DNA of 32,000 bases from the NCBI GenBank assembly GCA_014251975.1, contig CP059204.1, forward strand, positions 90,001 to 122,000. The letters are read 5' to 3'. Every line of letters begins with the position of its first letter. Within the stretch, counting starts at the first letter, position 1. The translations under genes were made by a program, and so were the position numbers. The notes beneath the pieces were generated by a model, which was given only the letters and a program-made list of their open reading frames with translations, was not told the DNA's origin and ran no database searches. Source of the stretch: Blattabacterium cuenoti (GTDB taxonomy: Bacteria; Bacteroidota; Bacteroidia; Flavobacteriales; Blattabacteriaceae). This document shows, piece by piece, positions 1 through 9,774 of this stretch.

Positions 1-137
1 TTTTTTAACATTTTACTTTCAAAAGTATAACTTCCATATTTTTTTTTAATAGATTTCACTGCTAGTACCATTTTATTATATTTTTTAGAAATATTTTGAT
101 TAATATCTTTTATTTTTACTTTTTTTTTTGTTTTCAT
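1..137 (-). CDS. DUF4295-like small basic protein, partial (3' end lies beyond the window start)
   Basis: My own reverse-strand translation from the ATG at 137-135 gives MKTKKKVKIKDINQNISKKYNKMVLAVKSIKKKYGSYTFESKMLK. It sits immediately downstream of rpmG, like the small DUF4295 ORF after rpmB-rpmG in Bacteroidetes. The K..VKS.K.G.YTF.E pattern resembles that family from memory. It is not in the ORF track because it is truncated. Confidence 0.5.
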   Translation of the reverse strand, partial: MKTKKKVKIKDINQNISKKYNKMVLAVKSIKKKYGSYTFESKMLK

Positions 138-142
138 TTAAA

Positions 143-328
143 CTAATTTTTAATTTCTCTATATATAGTATATTTTCTTAAAACTGGATTATATTTCCTT
201 AATTCTAATCTTTTTGGGTTATTTTTTTTATTTTTTGTAGTTATATATCTAAATGTTTTAGAAACTCCTGATTTTATTTGCTCAGTACATTCTAAAATAA
301 TTTGTACTCTATTTGCTTTTTTTCTCAT
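143..328 (-). CDS. rpmG: 50S ribosomal protein L33
   Basis: The 61 aa product starts [16 protein letters not shown] and contains [19 protein letters not shown], the typical L33 pattern. It lies downstream of L28. Confidence 0.9.
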   Translation of the reverse strand: MRKKANRVQIILECTEQIKSGVSKTFRYITTKNKKNNPKRLELRKYNPVLRKYTIYREIKN

Positions 329-548
329 AATAATTAAAACGTTTTAATGCATTTTCTATACCTATTTTATCAATAATTCTAATAGCATAAGAACAAATTT
401 TTAAAGTTATCCATTTATTTGTTTTACTTAAAAAAAAACGTTTTTTAAATAAATTTATATAAAATCGTCTTTTATTTTTATTATTTGAGTGAGATACTTT
501 ATTTCCCACCATTGGTTTTTTTCCTGTTAATTCACAAATTCTTGACAC
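309..548 (-). CDS. rpmB: 50S ribosomal protein L28
   Basis: The 79 aa product starts [29 protein letters not shown], the canonical L28 N-terminus. Its 3' end overlaps the rpmG start by 20 nt. Confidence 0.9.
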   Translation of the reverse strand: MSRICELTGKKPMVGNKVSHSNNKNKRRFYINLFKKRFFLSKTNKWITLKICSYAIRIIDKIGIENALKRFNYYEKKSK

Positions 549-603
549 AATAAAATATTTTTCATATAATTTAATAAAAAAATAAAATAAAAAGAAGTTT
601 TTT

Positions 604-1314
604 ATGTCAGGACATAGTAAATGGGCAAATATACAACATAGAAAATTTAATCAAGACATTAAAAAATCTAAAAAATTTTCTAAAATATTAAAAGAAATAT
701 CTGTAATTGTAAAGGTATCAGGAATAAATAGTTTTCGTTTTAAAAATATTATATCTAATGCAAAATCATTAAATATACCTAAAAAAACAATATATAATTC
801 TATAAAAAAAATATTACAAATTAAAAAGAATGATTATAAATACATAAATTTAGAAGGTAAAATAGATGGAGTTATTATAATAATGGAATGTTATACTGAT
901 AATAATATTAGAACAATATCTAGTATAAAAAGTTTTTTTAATAAAAATGGCGGTAAATTATGTAATAATGGAGAATTGATACATTTCTTTTATAGAAGAG
1001 GAGTTTTTTATATAAAAAATAAATATATAAACAAGTCATTAGAAGAATTTGAATTAATGACGATAGATTTTGGTGCTGAAAATTTTTTAAAAACAGAAAA
1101 TAAAATTATAATTTATACTAATTTTGAAAATTTTGGATTAATGAAAGCACAATTAGAAAAATTAAAAATTTTTAATAAAAACAAATTATATAGAGTCCCA
1201 AAGAAATTTATTAAGTATATTACAAATAATAAAAAAGAAAAAATTATAACTTTGATAAAAAAATTAGAAAAACATGAAGATATAAATAATATTTATTCTA
1301 ATTTAGATATATAG
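604..1314 (+). CDS. YebC/PmpR family DNA-binding transcriptional regulator
   Basis: The 236 aa product starts MSGHSKWANIQHRK, the YebC family signature, and has the family-typical length. Confidence 0.9.
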   Translation: MSGHSKWANIQHRKFNQDIKKSKKFSKILKEISVIVKVSGINSFRFKNIISNAKSLNIPKKTIYNSIKKILQIKKNDYKYINLEGKIDGVIIIMECYTDNNIRTISSIKSFFNKNGGKLCNNGELIHFFYRRGVFYIKNKYINKSLEEFELMTIDFGAENFLKTENKIIIYTNFENFGLMKAQLEKLKIFNKNKLYRVPKKFIKYITNNKKEKIITLIKKLEKHEDINNIYSNLDI

Positions 1315-1322
1315 AAAAAAAT

Positions 1323-1625
1323 TGAGTAGTATGACCTATCGCATTTTTCTTTATTAATTAAAAATGAGGAAAGTCCGGACACCATAGAGCAGCATAGTGG
1401 GTAATACCCATCCATTGTAAGATGAGGAAAAGTGCAACAGAAAGAAAATACATAAATAAATTTGATGTAGTGAAATCAGGTAAACTCTATGTGGTGAAAT
1501 GCTATGTATACCAGTGACTTGCTCGGTTAATTACTGGGGGGTAAGCAGATTGAGAATAATAGGGTAACCTAAATTCCTAGATAAATGATAGGTATTAAAC
1601 AGAATCCGGCTTATAGTACTTACTT
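1323..1625 (+). ncRNA. rnpB: RNase P RNA (bacterial type A, compact, about 300 nt); ends approximate
   Basis: It contains the universal blocks GAGGAAAGTCCGGAC, CCATAGAGCAG, AGTGCAACAGAAAG, ATCAGGTAAACTC, CTAGATAAATGA and ACAGAATCCGGCTTAT in the same order as E. coli rnpB. P2 pairing is acctatc (5') with gataggt (3'). P1 pairing is agtagta with agtacttact. It is a GC-enriched island in an AT-rich spacer. Confidence 0.85.
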
Positions 1626-1632
1626 TTTTTTT

Positions 1633-1716
1633 GGAGAGATGGCCGAGTGGTTTAAGGCGCACGTCTGGAAAGCGTGTACACAAATAGTGTCAAGGGTTCG
1701 AATCCCTTTCTTTCCG
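1633..1716 (+). tRNA. tRNA-Ser (anticodon GGA)
   Basis: Manual fold gives acceptor GGAGAGA/TCTTTCC, anticodon stem cacgt/gcgtg with loop CTGGAAA, a long variable arm, and T-arm AAGGG-TTCGAAT-CCCTT. CCA is not encoded. Confidence 0.9.
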
Positions 1717-1720
1717 CTTA

Positions 1721-2842
1721 TTATTTATCTATATCCCTTAATTTTTTTTCAATAACATTAGATCTAACCCCAATTAATTTATCTATATCCTTTGTAGCTC
1801 CTTTTAATTTATATTTTGCTTGATTTAATAATATCCCAAATTTTGAAAATTCTTGTTTTACAGATTCTAAAACTTTCCAAATTTCAGATGTTTTCTTTTG
1901 TATAGATAAAGTACGAAATCCAATTTGCAAACTATTTAAAATAGCAGCTAAAGTAGAAGGACCAGTAATTACTACTTTATATTTTTTTAATAATTCTTCT
2001 AATAAAATTGAATTTTTTGTAATTATAGAATATATTCCTTCAAAAGGAAGAAAAAGAATAGCAAAATCAGTAGTATTTGGTGGATCTATATATTTATGTT
2101 GAATATTTTTTGACATTTTTTTTACAACAGACTCCATATTTTTTATGGATATATCAATTTTTTTTTTGTCACCACTGTCATAGGCAGATATTACCTTTTC
2201 ATAAGTATCTTTTGGAAATTTTACATCAATAGGTAACCAAATGTTACCACTTCCACTACCTGGTAGTTTAATAGCAAATTCAACAACGTAATTTGTATTT
2301 GATTTTGTAATAACATTAGAAGAATATTGTTCTGGAGAAAGTATTTGCTGTAACAACATTGAAAGCTGCATTTCACTAAAATTACCACAAATTTTTACAT
2401 TATTCAATATTTTATTTAAAGAACTTACATCTTTTGCTAAAATTTTCATTTCACCTAATCCTTCATGTAAAAAAATTAATTGATTTTCTATTACTCTAAA
2501 TGATTCACCCAAATGAGAATTTAATGAAAATTGTAGTTTATCTGTAATTATACTTTGTATTTCTTTTATATTATTTTCTATTTGATTAAAGTATATTTTT
2601 TGTTCTTTAAAAATAAAATTAACTTTTTCTAAATGATTTTCTAAATTAGAATTTATTTCTTTTACTAAAATATTTTGGTTATTTCTTTCACGTATAACCC
2701 AATCATTTTGAAATTGCTCTAAAAAACTAATTATTTTCTCTATATTATCTGTATTATTTTTTTCAATTTTCATATAAATTATATAAAAAAATAACATAAT
2801 AAATATTAATAAAAATAATGTTATAACAATTATATTATTCAT
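1721..2842 (-). CDS. rmuC: DNA recombination protein RmuC
   Basis: The 373 aa product has an N-terminal TM helix, then a coiled-coil region, then a C-terminal nuclease-like domain (VEFAIKLPG...IDVKFP...FLPFEGIY). This architecture is typical of RmuC. Confidence 0.75.
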   Translation of the reverse strand: MNNIIVITLFLLIFIMLFFYIIYMKIEKNNTDNIEKIISFLEQFQNDWVIRERNNQNILVKEINSNLENHLEKVNFIFKEQKIYFNQIENNIKEIQSIITDKLQFSLNSHLGESFRVIENQLIFLHEGLGEMKILAKDVSSLNKILNNVKICGNFSEMQLSMLLQQILSPEQYSSNVITKSNTNYVVEFAIKLPGSGSGNIWLPIDVKFPKDTYEKVISAYDSGDKKKIDISIKNMESVVKKMSKNIQHKYIDPPNTTDFAILFLPFEGIYSIITKNSILLEELLKKYKVVITGPSTLAAILNSLQIGFRTLSIQKKTSEIWKVLESVKQEFSKFGILLNQAKYKLKGATKDIDKLIGVRSNVIEKKLRDIDK

Positions 2843-2873
2843 CTAATTCATTGTATAATAATATGAAAAAAAA

Positions 2874-2946
2874 TAGCGGGAATAGGACTCGAACCTATGA
2901 CCTTCGGGTTATGAGCCCGATGAGCTACCAACTGCTCCACCCCGCG
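2874..2946 (-). tRNA. initiator tRNA-fMet (anticodon CAT)
   Basis: The reverse complement reads CGCGGGGTGGAGCAGTTGGTAGCTCATCGGGCTCATAACCCGAAGGTCATAGGTTCGAGTCCTATTCCCGCTA. It has a C1:T72 mismatch and three G-C pairs closing the anticodon stem (GGG/CCC), both initiator hallmarks. Confidence 0.85.
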
Positions 2947-2986
2947 ATTAATAAATATAATGTTTTTCATTTATAAAATCAAATAT

Positions 2987-4549
2987 TTATCCATTCATTG
3001 ATATTAAAAATTCTTCATTACTTTTAGTTCTAGACATTCTAGATCTCAAAAATTCCATAGCTTCTACTGGATTCATATCAGAAAGATGTTTCCTTAATAT
3101 CCACATTCTTTGTAATGTTTTTGAATCTAATAAAAAATTATCTTTTCTTGTACTAGACGAAACTAAATCTATAGCAGGATAAATCCTTTTATTTGCTATC
3201 TTACGATCCAATTGAAGTTCTTTATTACCAGTACCTTTAAATTCTTCAAAAATTACTTCATCCATTTTAGATCCAGTATCTATCATAGCAGTAGCTATTA
3301 TAGATAAAGAACCACCATTTTCAATATTTCTAGCTGCACCAAAAAATCTTTTTGGTTTATGTAAGGCATTTGCATCTACACCACCTGATAATACTTTACC
3401 GGAAGCAGGTGCTACAGTATTGTAAGCACGGGCTAAACGAGTAATAGAATCTAATAAAATAACTACATCATGAGTAGATTCTACCATCCTTTTAGCTTTA
3501 TGTAATACTATATTTGCAACTTTTACATGTCTATCAGCAGGTTCATCAAAAGTAGAGGAAATAACTTCACCTTTTACATTCCTCTGCATATCTGTAACTT
3601 CTTCAGGTCGTTCATCTATAAGTAAAATAATTAAATATACTTCAGGATGATTAGCAGCTATAGCATTTGCTATTTCTTTTAATAATGTAGTTTTACCAGT
3701 TTTAGGAGGTGCTACGATCATACCTCTTTGTCCTTTCCCAATTGGAGTAAATAGATCTACTATTCTAGTTGAAATAGTTGATTTTTTTTCTGCTAATTTA
3801 AATTTTTCATTTGGGAATAATGGAGTTAAATGTTCAAATGAATTACGTTCTCTAATAAAAGAAGGAGGTCTACCATTTATTTCTATTATTTTAATAAGAG
3901 GGAAATATTTTTCTCCATCTCTAGGTGGTCTAACTTCACCTTTTATAGTATCTCCAGTTTTCATACTAAAAAGTCTAATTTGAGATTGAGATACATATAT
4001 ATCATCAGGAGATGATAAATAATTAAAATCAGATGACCGTAAAAATCCATAATTTTCAGGCATAATTTCTAATACGCCTTCACTAATAATTATACCTCCA
4101 AATTCATATTCTTGTGTTTTATATTTAGAAAAATTATTAACTAATCTGCTATTTTTATAATTATTTATTTGTGGAACAAACTTTTCATGTTTTTTCCAAT
4201 TATAAAAAGTAGGTTGTTTTTTTTTAAATTTTGTAGACTCTTCAAATATTCTATTGTTATAATTTTGTTTATTTTTTTCTTTATAAGAGGATTTATAATT
4301 TATTTTTTCTTTATTTTTTTTTAAAAAAGAATTTTTTAATCCGTAATTTTTTCTCTCCTTAAATACATTTTTTTTATTATTATTTAAAGTTATATTATCA
4401 TAATCATGTTTTTTTTTATTTAAAAGAGAAATAATTTTTTCAAGTAAATCGTTTTTTCGTAATTTAGTACACTTTTTTAATCCAGAAGAACGAGCAATTT
4501 TTTGTAATTCAAAAAGTTTTTTACTTTTTAATTCAGTAATGTCAAACAT
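2987..4549 (-). CDS. rho: transcription termination factor Rho with a roughly 105 aa K/N-rich N-terminal insertion
   Basis: The 520 aa product has a Rho_N helix bundle ([21 protein letters not shown]), an RNA-binding OB region ([15 protein letters not shown]), Walker A ([10 protein letters not shown]), and a C-terminal core with strong Rho identity. Confidence 0.95.
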   Translation of the reverse strand: MFDITELKSKKLFELQKIARSSGLKKCTKLRKNDLLEKIISLLNKKKHDYDNITLNNNKKNVFKERKNYGLKNSFLKKNKEKINYKSSYKEKNKQNYNNRIFEESTKFKKKQPTFYNWKKHEKFVPQINNYKNSRLVNNFSKYKTQEYEFGGIIISEGVLEIMPENYGFLRSSDFNYLSSPDDIYVSQSQIRLFSMKTGDTIKGEVRPPRDGEKYFPLIKIIEINGRPPSFIRERNSFEHLTPLFPNEKFKLAEKKSTISTRIVDLFTPIGKGQRGMIVAPPKTGKTTLLKEIANAIAANHPEVYLIILLIDERPEEVTDMQRNVKGEVISSTFDEPADRHVKVANIVLHKAKRMVESTHDVVILLDSITRLARAYNTVAPASGKVLSGGVDANALHKPKRFFGAARNIENGGSLSIIATAMIDTGSKMDEVIFEEFKGTGNKELQLDRKIANKRIYPAIDLVSSSTRKDNFLLDSKTLQRMWILRKHLSDMNPVEAMEFLRSRMSRTKSNEEFLISMNG

Positions 4550-4594
4550 AAAAATAATATTAGATTTAAGTGTTATATTGATTGAATTGAAATT

Positions 4595-4637
4595 ATTAAT
4601 GCAATTATTATATTAATGCAATTATTAATGCAATTAT
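4595..4637. repeat. three direct copies of ATTAATGCAATTAT in the rho / 4685-ORF divergent spacer
   Basis: Exact 14-mers lie at 4595-4608, 4612-4625 and 4624-4637. Copies 2 and 3 overlap by 2 nt. Confidence 0.8.
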
Positions 4638-4684
4638 ACAACAAAAAATATTGCTACTGTTAATAAAAATAATAAATTAATATT

Positions 4685-5095
4685 ATGTTATACAGAATAC
4701 AAACTTTATATTTATTGTTATCTATTTTATTTTATTCAACTTCTTTATATTCTTTATATTTAGTAAATAATAAAATTCCTGTATTTTTTATTTCAATAGA
4801 AATAATTAAAAATTTTATAATTACATGTATAATTTTATCTATAATAAGTATTGTTCTTTTTAAAAAAAGAAAAATACAAATTATTATTAACGATATCAAT
4901 ATATTTTTTAATACAATTAATTTTATTATTATTTTATTTTTTTTAGAGAGTAATGCATATAATGTATTCTTTTTTAATAAAAAAAATATAATTTTTATTT
5001 TTTCTTTATTTTTTTGTGATTTTATTTTGTATTTATCAAATCAATATATAAAGAAAGATATTAAAATAATTGATTCTATAAATAGAATAAGATGA
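4685..5095 (+). CDS. small polytopic membrane protein of unknown function (possibly DUF4293-like)
   Basis: The 136 aa product has about 4 hydrophobic segments. Its stop overlaps the prfA start (ATGA at 5092-5095). The family assignment comes from memory of the rho-adjacent DUF4293 gene in Flavobacteria and is unverified. Confidence 0.5.
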   Translation: MLYRIQTLYLLLSILFYSTSLYSLYLVNNKIPVFFISIEIIKNFIITCIILSIISIVLFKKRKIQIIINDINIFFNTINFIIILFFLESNAYNVFFFNKKNIIFIFSLFFCDFILYLSNQYIKKDIKIIDSINRIR

Positions 5096-6195
5096 AAAAT
5101 GATAATATTTCATTACTAAAAAAACTTGAAAAATATAATAAAAATTTTGTAAACGTTTACAATTTAATAAAACAAAAAAATGTTTTTTGCAATAATAAAG
5201 AATATAAAATTTTATTAAAAAAATATACAGAATTAGAAAAAATAGTCGTTTTATACAAAGAATACAAAAAACAATTATCCTTATTGAAAGAAGCAGTTTT
5301 TTTTATAGATAATGAATTAGATATAGAAATGAAAGAATTAGCTTTTTCAGAAAAATGTAAAATTAATAATACATTAAAAATAATTAAGGGTAAAATTTAT
5401 GATTTTATAACATTAGAAAAACAAAAAAATAATGTAGAAAATAAAGAAGATTATAGGAATGCTATATTAGAAATACGATCTGGTACTGGTGGAGATGAAG
5501 CATGTATTTTTGTAGAAGATATATTAAGAATGTACACAATGTATTTTAAAAAATCAGGATGGAATTATTCAATTTTACATTTTCAAAAAGGGAAAATCAA
5601 AGGATATAAAGAAATTGTTTTAGAAGTAAATGATAAAAATAAACTTAATGAAGTTTATGGATGTCTTAAATTTGAATCTGGGGTACATAGAGTACAAAGA
5701 ATTCCAAAAACTGAATCTCAAGGTAGAATACATACATCTGCTATAACAGTAGCAGTACTTCCACAAGTAAACGATGTAGAAATAAAAATTAATTCATCAG
5801 ATATAAAAAAAGAAACATTTAGATCTAGTGGAGCTGGGGGTCAACATGTTAATAAAACTGAATCTGCAATTAGATTAACTCATAATCCAAGCAATATTAC
5901 TGTTGTATGTCAACAGGAGAGATCTCAACATAAAAATTTTGAAAAAGCTATAAGTATTTTAAAATCAAAATTATTTAAAATAGAAATAGATAAAAAACTT
6001 AAAAATAGAGCTTTAACTAGAAAAAATTTAATATCAACAGGGGATAGATCAATGAAAATACGAACATATAATTATCCAAATAACAAAGTTATAGATCATA
6101 GAATACATAAAACTATTCATAATCTTGTAGAATTTATGAATGGAAATATTAAGGAAATGATAATTTCTTTAAAATTATATCAAACAAATAATTAG
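5092..6195 (+). CDS. prfA: peptide chain release factor 1
   Basis: The 367 aa product carries [17 protein letters not shown] (the RF1-type PxT tripeptide region, here PKT) and the GGQ motif in [14 protein letters not shown]. Confidence 0.9.
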   Translation: MKNDNISLLKKLEKYNKNFVNVYNLIKQKNVFCNNKEYKILLKKYTELEKIVVLYKEYKKQLSLLKEAVFFIDNELDIEMKELAFSEKCKINNTLKIIKGKIYDFITLEKQKNNVENKEDYRNAILEIRSGTGGDEACIFVEDILRMYTMYFKKSGWNYSILHFQKGKIKGYKEIVLEVNDKNKLNEVYGCLKFESGVHRVQRIPKTESQGRIHTSAITVAVLPQVNDVEIKINSSDIKKETFRSSGAGGQHVNKTESAIRLTHNPSNITVVCQQERSQHKNFEKAISILKSKLFKIEIDKKLKNRALTRKNLISTGDRSMKIRTYNYPNNKVIDHRIHKTIHNLVEFMNGNIKEMIISLKLYQTNN

Positions 6196-7532
6196 TTAAA
6201 AATATTTTTATCCAAAAAATTAGTATCATAGTTACCTTTTATAAAATTATTATTAGTTATTAATTTTTTATGTAAAGGTATTGTGGTAGCAATCCCTTCA
6301 ATTACAAATTCATCTAAAGAACGAGACATTTTGTTAATAGCTTCTTCCCTTTTTTTTTCTGTAGTAATTAATTTAGCTATCATAGAATCATAATAATGTG
6401 ATACTTTATATCCCGAATAAATATGTGTGTCAACTCGTACTCCTTTCCCACCTGGAATATGTACTTGAGTAATTTCTCCTGGTATTGGTATAAAATTTTT
6501 ATATGGTTCTTCTGCATTAATTCTACATTCTATTGAATACATTTTTGGATAAAAATTTTTGTTAGATATTTTTTTACCATATGCTATAGATATTTGCTCT
6601 TTTATCAAATCTAATCCAGTTACTTCTTCAGTTATAGCATGCTCAACTTGAATTCTTGGATTCATTTCTATAAAATAGAAATTTTTATTTTTATCAACTA
6701 AAAATTCTACAGTCCCTATACCTTCATAATGAATATATTTAGCTGCTTTTATTGCATGTTCCCCTATTTTTTTTCTAAGTGATGAATTTAAAAAAGGAGA
6801 TGGTGTTTCTTCTAATAATTTTTGATTTTTTCTTTGAATAGAACAATCTCTTTCAGATAAATGACATACTTTACCATAACGATCACCCATAATTTGAATT
6901 TCAATATGTCTAGAATCTAAAATTAACTTTTCTATATACATTTCTTTTTTACCAAAACAAAATAAAGATTCTTTTATAGCATCTTGCCAAGATTGTTTTA
7001 AGTTATATTTATCAAATACTGATCGTATTCCCCTACCTCCACCTCCAGACACAGATTTTATAATAATTGGATATCCTATTTTATCAACAATTTTTTCTAC
7101 TTCTTTATAAGAAGATTTAATAACACAGTTAAATCCAGGTAAGCATGGAATACCTGCTTTTATCATAATTTTTTTAGCAATTATTTTATTCCCTAACTTC
7201 ATCATATGATTAGGTGTAGCTCCTATAAATTTAATTCCATGTTTTATGCAAATTGATGAAAAATAAGCATCTTCAGAAAGGAATCCATATCCTGGATGTA
7301 TAGCATCAGCATTAGTTATTTCTGCTGCAGAAATTAAATTTGGTATATTTAGATAAGATTTTTTAGGATCAGGTGGCCCTATACATACCGCTTCGTCAGC
7401 AAAATACACATGAAGACTATATTTATCTGCAGTAGAATAAACAGCAACAGTTTGTATCCCCATTTCTTTTGCTGTACGTATAATCCTTAACGCAATTTCT
7501 CCACGGTTAGCTATTAATATTTTTTTTAACAT
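6192..7532 (-). CDS. accC: acetyl-CoA carboxylase, biotin carboxylase subunit
   Basis: The 446 aa product starts [20 protein letters not shown] and contains ATP-grasp motifs ([18 protein letters not shown]). Confidence 0.95.
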   Translation of the reverse strand: MLKKILIANRGEIALRIIRTAKEMGIQTVAVYSTADKYSLHVYFADEAVCIGPPDPKKSYLNIPNLISAAEITNADAIHPGYGFLSEDAYFSSICIKHGIKFIGATPNHMMKLGNKIIAKKIMIKAGIPCLPGFNCVIKSSYKEVEKIVDKIGYPIIIKSVSGGGGRGIRSVFDKYNLKQSWQDAIKESLFCFGKKEMYIEKLILDSRHIEIQIMGDRYGKVCHLSERDCSIQRKNQKLLEETPSPFLNSSLRKKIGEHAIKAAKYIHYEGIGTVEFLVDKNKNFYFIEMNPRIQVEHAITEEVTGLDLIKEQISIAYGKKISNKNFYPKMYSIECRINAEEPYKNFIPIPGEITQVHIPGGKGVRVDTHIYSGYKVSHYYDSMIAKLITTEKKREEAINKMSRSLDEFVIEGIATTIPLHKKLITNNNFIKGNYDTNFLDKNIFN

Positions 7533-7544
7533 ATATTTTTATGA

Positions 7545-8015
7545 TCAATTATCTGATTCCAAAAGAAACAAAGGTTGATCATAATCAACGGGTGTAGCAT
7601 TTTTAACAAGTACTTTTACTAATTTTCCACTAATTTCAGATTCAATATCATTAAAAAGTTTCATAGCCTCTATAACACAAACTTTCATACCTATTTCAAT
7701 TTTATCACCAATTTCTACAAAAGGTTTTTCATCTGGATTTGGTTTTCTGTAAAATATCCCTATCATTGGAGATTTAATAGTTAAATAATTTTTATTTTTA
7801 TAATTATCACTATTTCTTTTTTTTATATTTTTTAAATCAGAAAAATTTTCATAGTTATTATTAGATTTTTTATATAAAGAAGAAATTAAATTATAATCTT
7901 TATTATCATTATTTTTTTTTACATATATTTTAACATTTTCTATTTGAATTTTAACTTCATTAATATTCAATTTAGATATAAATTGTATAATAAATTTAAT
8001 TTGTTTTATGTCCAT
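7545..8015 (-). CDS. accB: acetyl-CoA carboxylase biotin carboxyl carrier protein
   Basis: The 156 aa product has the C-terminal biotinyl domain with the EAMKL biotinylation motif (VIEAMKLFNDIESE). It lies directly upstream of accC in the same orientation. Confidence 0.9.
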   Translation of the reverse strand: MDIKQIKFIIQFISKLNINEVKIQIENVKIYVKKNNDNKDYNLISSLYKKSNNNYENFSDLKNIKKRNSDNYKNKNYLTIKSPMIGIFYRKPNPDEKPFVEIGDKIEIGMKVCVIEAMKLFNDIESEISGKLVKVLVKNATPVDYDQPLFLLESDN

Positions 8016-8075
8016 TTTTTTAGAACAATTAAAATTAGTAATTAATTGTTATTTTATTTGCTAAATACTAAATTT

Positions 8076-8261
8076 TTACTTTGCTTTACTGAATATTATT
8101 TTACCTTTATAATATAAATTATTGTTTTGCCAAAAAGCATGATGATATAAATGTTTTTTTTTTGTTAAAAAACATTTTTTTAACAATGGTTTTAGTAATT
8201 TTATGTTACTTCTTCTTTTGTCTCTTTTAGAACGTGATTTTTTTCTTTTAGGATGTGCCAT
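8076..8261 (-). CDS. rpmF: 50S ribosomal protein L32
   Basis: The 61 aa product starts MAHPKRKKSRSKRDKRRS, the canonical L32 N-terminus. Confidence 0.85.
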   Translation of the reverse strand: MAHPKRKKSRSKRDKRRSNIKLLKPLLKKCFLTKKKHLYHHAFWQNNNLYYKGKIIFSKAK

Positions 8262-8307
8262 AAATAAAAATGTTAAAACACTAATTTAATGTAAAATTAT
8301 TGTAATT

Positions 8308-9774
8308 ATGATAAATTACAAACGAAAAGATAATTATTCAAAATGGTATAATGAAGTTGTTATTAAATCTAAGTTAGCAGAATTTTCTGGAATAAAGGGA
8401 TTAATGATAATTCGTCCATATGGATATTCTTTATGGGAAATAATAAAATATAATTTAGATCAAATTCTTAAAAAGACAGGACATAACAATGCATATTTCC
8501 CATTATTAATTTCTAAATCAATTCTTTCTAAAGAAAAAGAACATATTGATATATTTTCTGATGGATGCGCAGTAGTCACTCATAATAGAATAAAAAAAAA
8601 TAAAAACGAACAAATTACTATTGATACGAAATCAAAATTAAAAGAGGAATTAATAATAAGACCTACATCAGAAAGTATAATATGGAAAACTTATAAACGA
8701 TGGATACAATCTTATAGAGATTTACCTATTTTATTAAATCAATGGGGAAATGCTGTAAGATGGGAAATGAGAACTAGATTATTTCTTAGAACTACAGAAT
8801 TTTTATGGCAAGAAGGTCATACTGCACATGCTTCAAAAAAAGAAGCTATACTAGAAGCAAAAAAAATATTAAATATTTATACTGATTTTGCTAAAAATTT
8901 TATGGCTATCCCAGTAATTAAAGGAATTAAACCACATATGGATAAATTTCATGGATCAGATATAACTTATTGTATTGAAGCTTTAATGCAAGATGGTAAA
9001 GCTTTACAAATTGGTACTTCTCATTTTTTAGGACAAAATTTTTCTAAAGCTTTTAATGTAAAATTTGTTAATAAAAATGGTAAAAAAGAATATGTTTGGG
9101 CTACTTCTTGGGGTGTATCTACAAGATTAATAGGCGCTATTATAATGTCACATTCAGATGATAAAGGATTAATTATACCACCTAAAATATCTCCAATACA
9201 AGTAATTATTATACCAATAAATAAACAAAAAAATATTTTAATTAGTAAATTATCTAAAAAAATACTACAAATATTAACAGAAAAAGGTATACGTACTAAA
9301 TATGATGATACAGATATACATACTCCAGGATGGAAGTTTAATGAATATGAAATAAAAGGAGTACCGATACGAATTAGTATTGGAGATAATGAAATAAAAC
9401 ATGAAAAAATAGAAATTTTTAGAAGAGATACGTATGAAAAAGTATTAATTTCTATAGACAATGTTAATAATTTTGTACCAAAATTACTTAACGATATACA
9501 AGAAAATATTTATAAAAAAGCGTTAAATAGAACTAAAAATTTAACATTAAAATTAGATAATTATAATGAATTTAAAAATAAAATAAAAAATTCAGGAGGA
9601 TTTATATTATCTCATTGGGATGGTACAGAAAAAACTGGTAAACAAATACAAGAAGAAACTGAAGCTACAATACGATGTATACCATTATTATCTGGTAAAA
9701 ACAAACAAAATGGAAAATGCATTTATTCTGGTAAAAAATCTAATTGTAGAGTTATTTTTTCTAAATCATATTAG
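8308..9774 (+). CDS. proS: proline--tRNA ligase (archaeal/eukaryote-like type)
   Basis: The 488 aa product shows class II aaRS motifs (IRPTSE, FLRTTEFLWQEGHTAH, TSWGVSTR), an anticodon-binding domain, and a C-terminal Zn-domain-like tail ending in Y. Confidence 0.9.
   Translation: MINYKRKDNYSKWYNEVVIKSKLAEFSGIKGLMIIRPYGYSLWEIIKYNLDQILKKTGHNNAYFPLLISKSILSKEKEHIDIFSDGCAVVTHNRIKKNKNEQITIDTKSKLKEELIIRPTSESIIWKTYKRWIQSYRDLPILLNQWGNAVRWEMRTRLFLRTTEFLWQEGHTAHASKKEAILEAKKILNIYTDFAKNFMAIPVIKGIKPHMDKFHGSDITYCIEALMQDGKALQIGTSHFLGQNFSKAFNVKFVNKNGKKEYVWATSWGVSTRLIGAIIMSHSDDKGLIIPPKISPIQVIIIPINKQKNILISKLSKKILQILTEKGIRTKYDDTDIHTPGWKFNEYEIKGVPIRISIGDNEIKHEKIEIFRRDTYEKVLISIDNVNNFVPKLLNDIQENIYKKALNRTKNLTLKLDNYNEFKNKIKNSGGFILSHWDGTEKTGKQIQEETEATIRCIPLLSGKNKQNGKCIYSGKKSNCRVIFSKSY

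Noticed and set aside
5093-5095. Possible UGA recoding (code 4), as seen in some tiny endosymbiont genomes
   Set aside because: TGA clearly terminates ORFs here (4685-5095, purA at 30512-30514, prs at 22591-22593). All conserved genes are full length without in-frame TGA. The standard bacterial code applies. Only prfA (RF1, which reads UAA/UAG) is in this window, so the RF2 needed to read TGA stops must be encoded elsewhere.
8024-8050. 9 bp inverted repeat AACAATTAA / TTAATTGTT between rpmF and accB
   Set aside because: It is an A/T-only stem with a 9 nt loop and has no U-run on the transcribed (minus) strand. Dyads of this size are expected by chance in such AT-rich spacers.
9021-9461. 146 aa ORF on the minus strand
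   Set aside because: It lies entirely antisense within the well-supported proS gene. It has a low-complexity hydrophobic composition (I/F/L/S-rich), as expected from reading an AT-rich gene backwards, and carries no recognisable motif.
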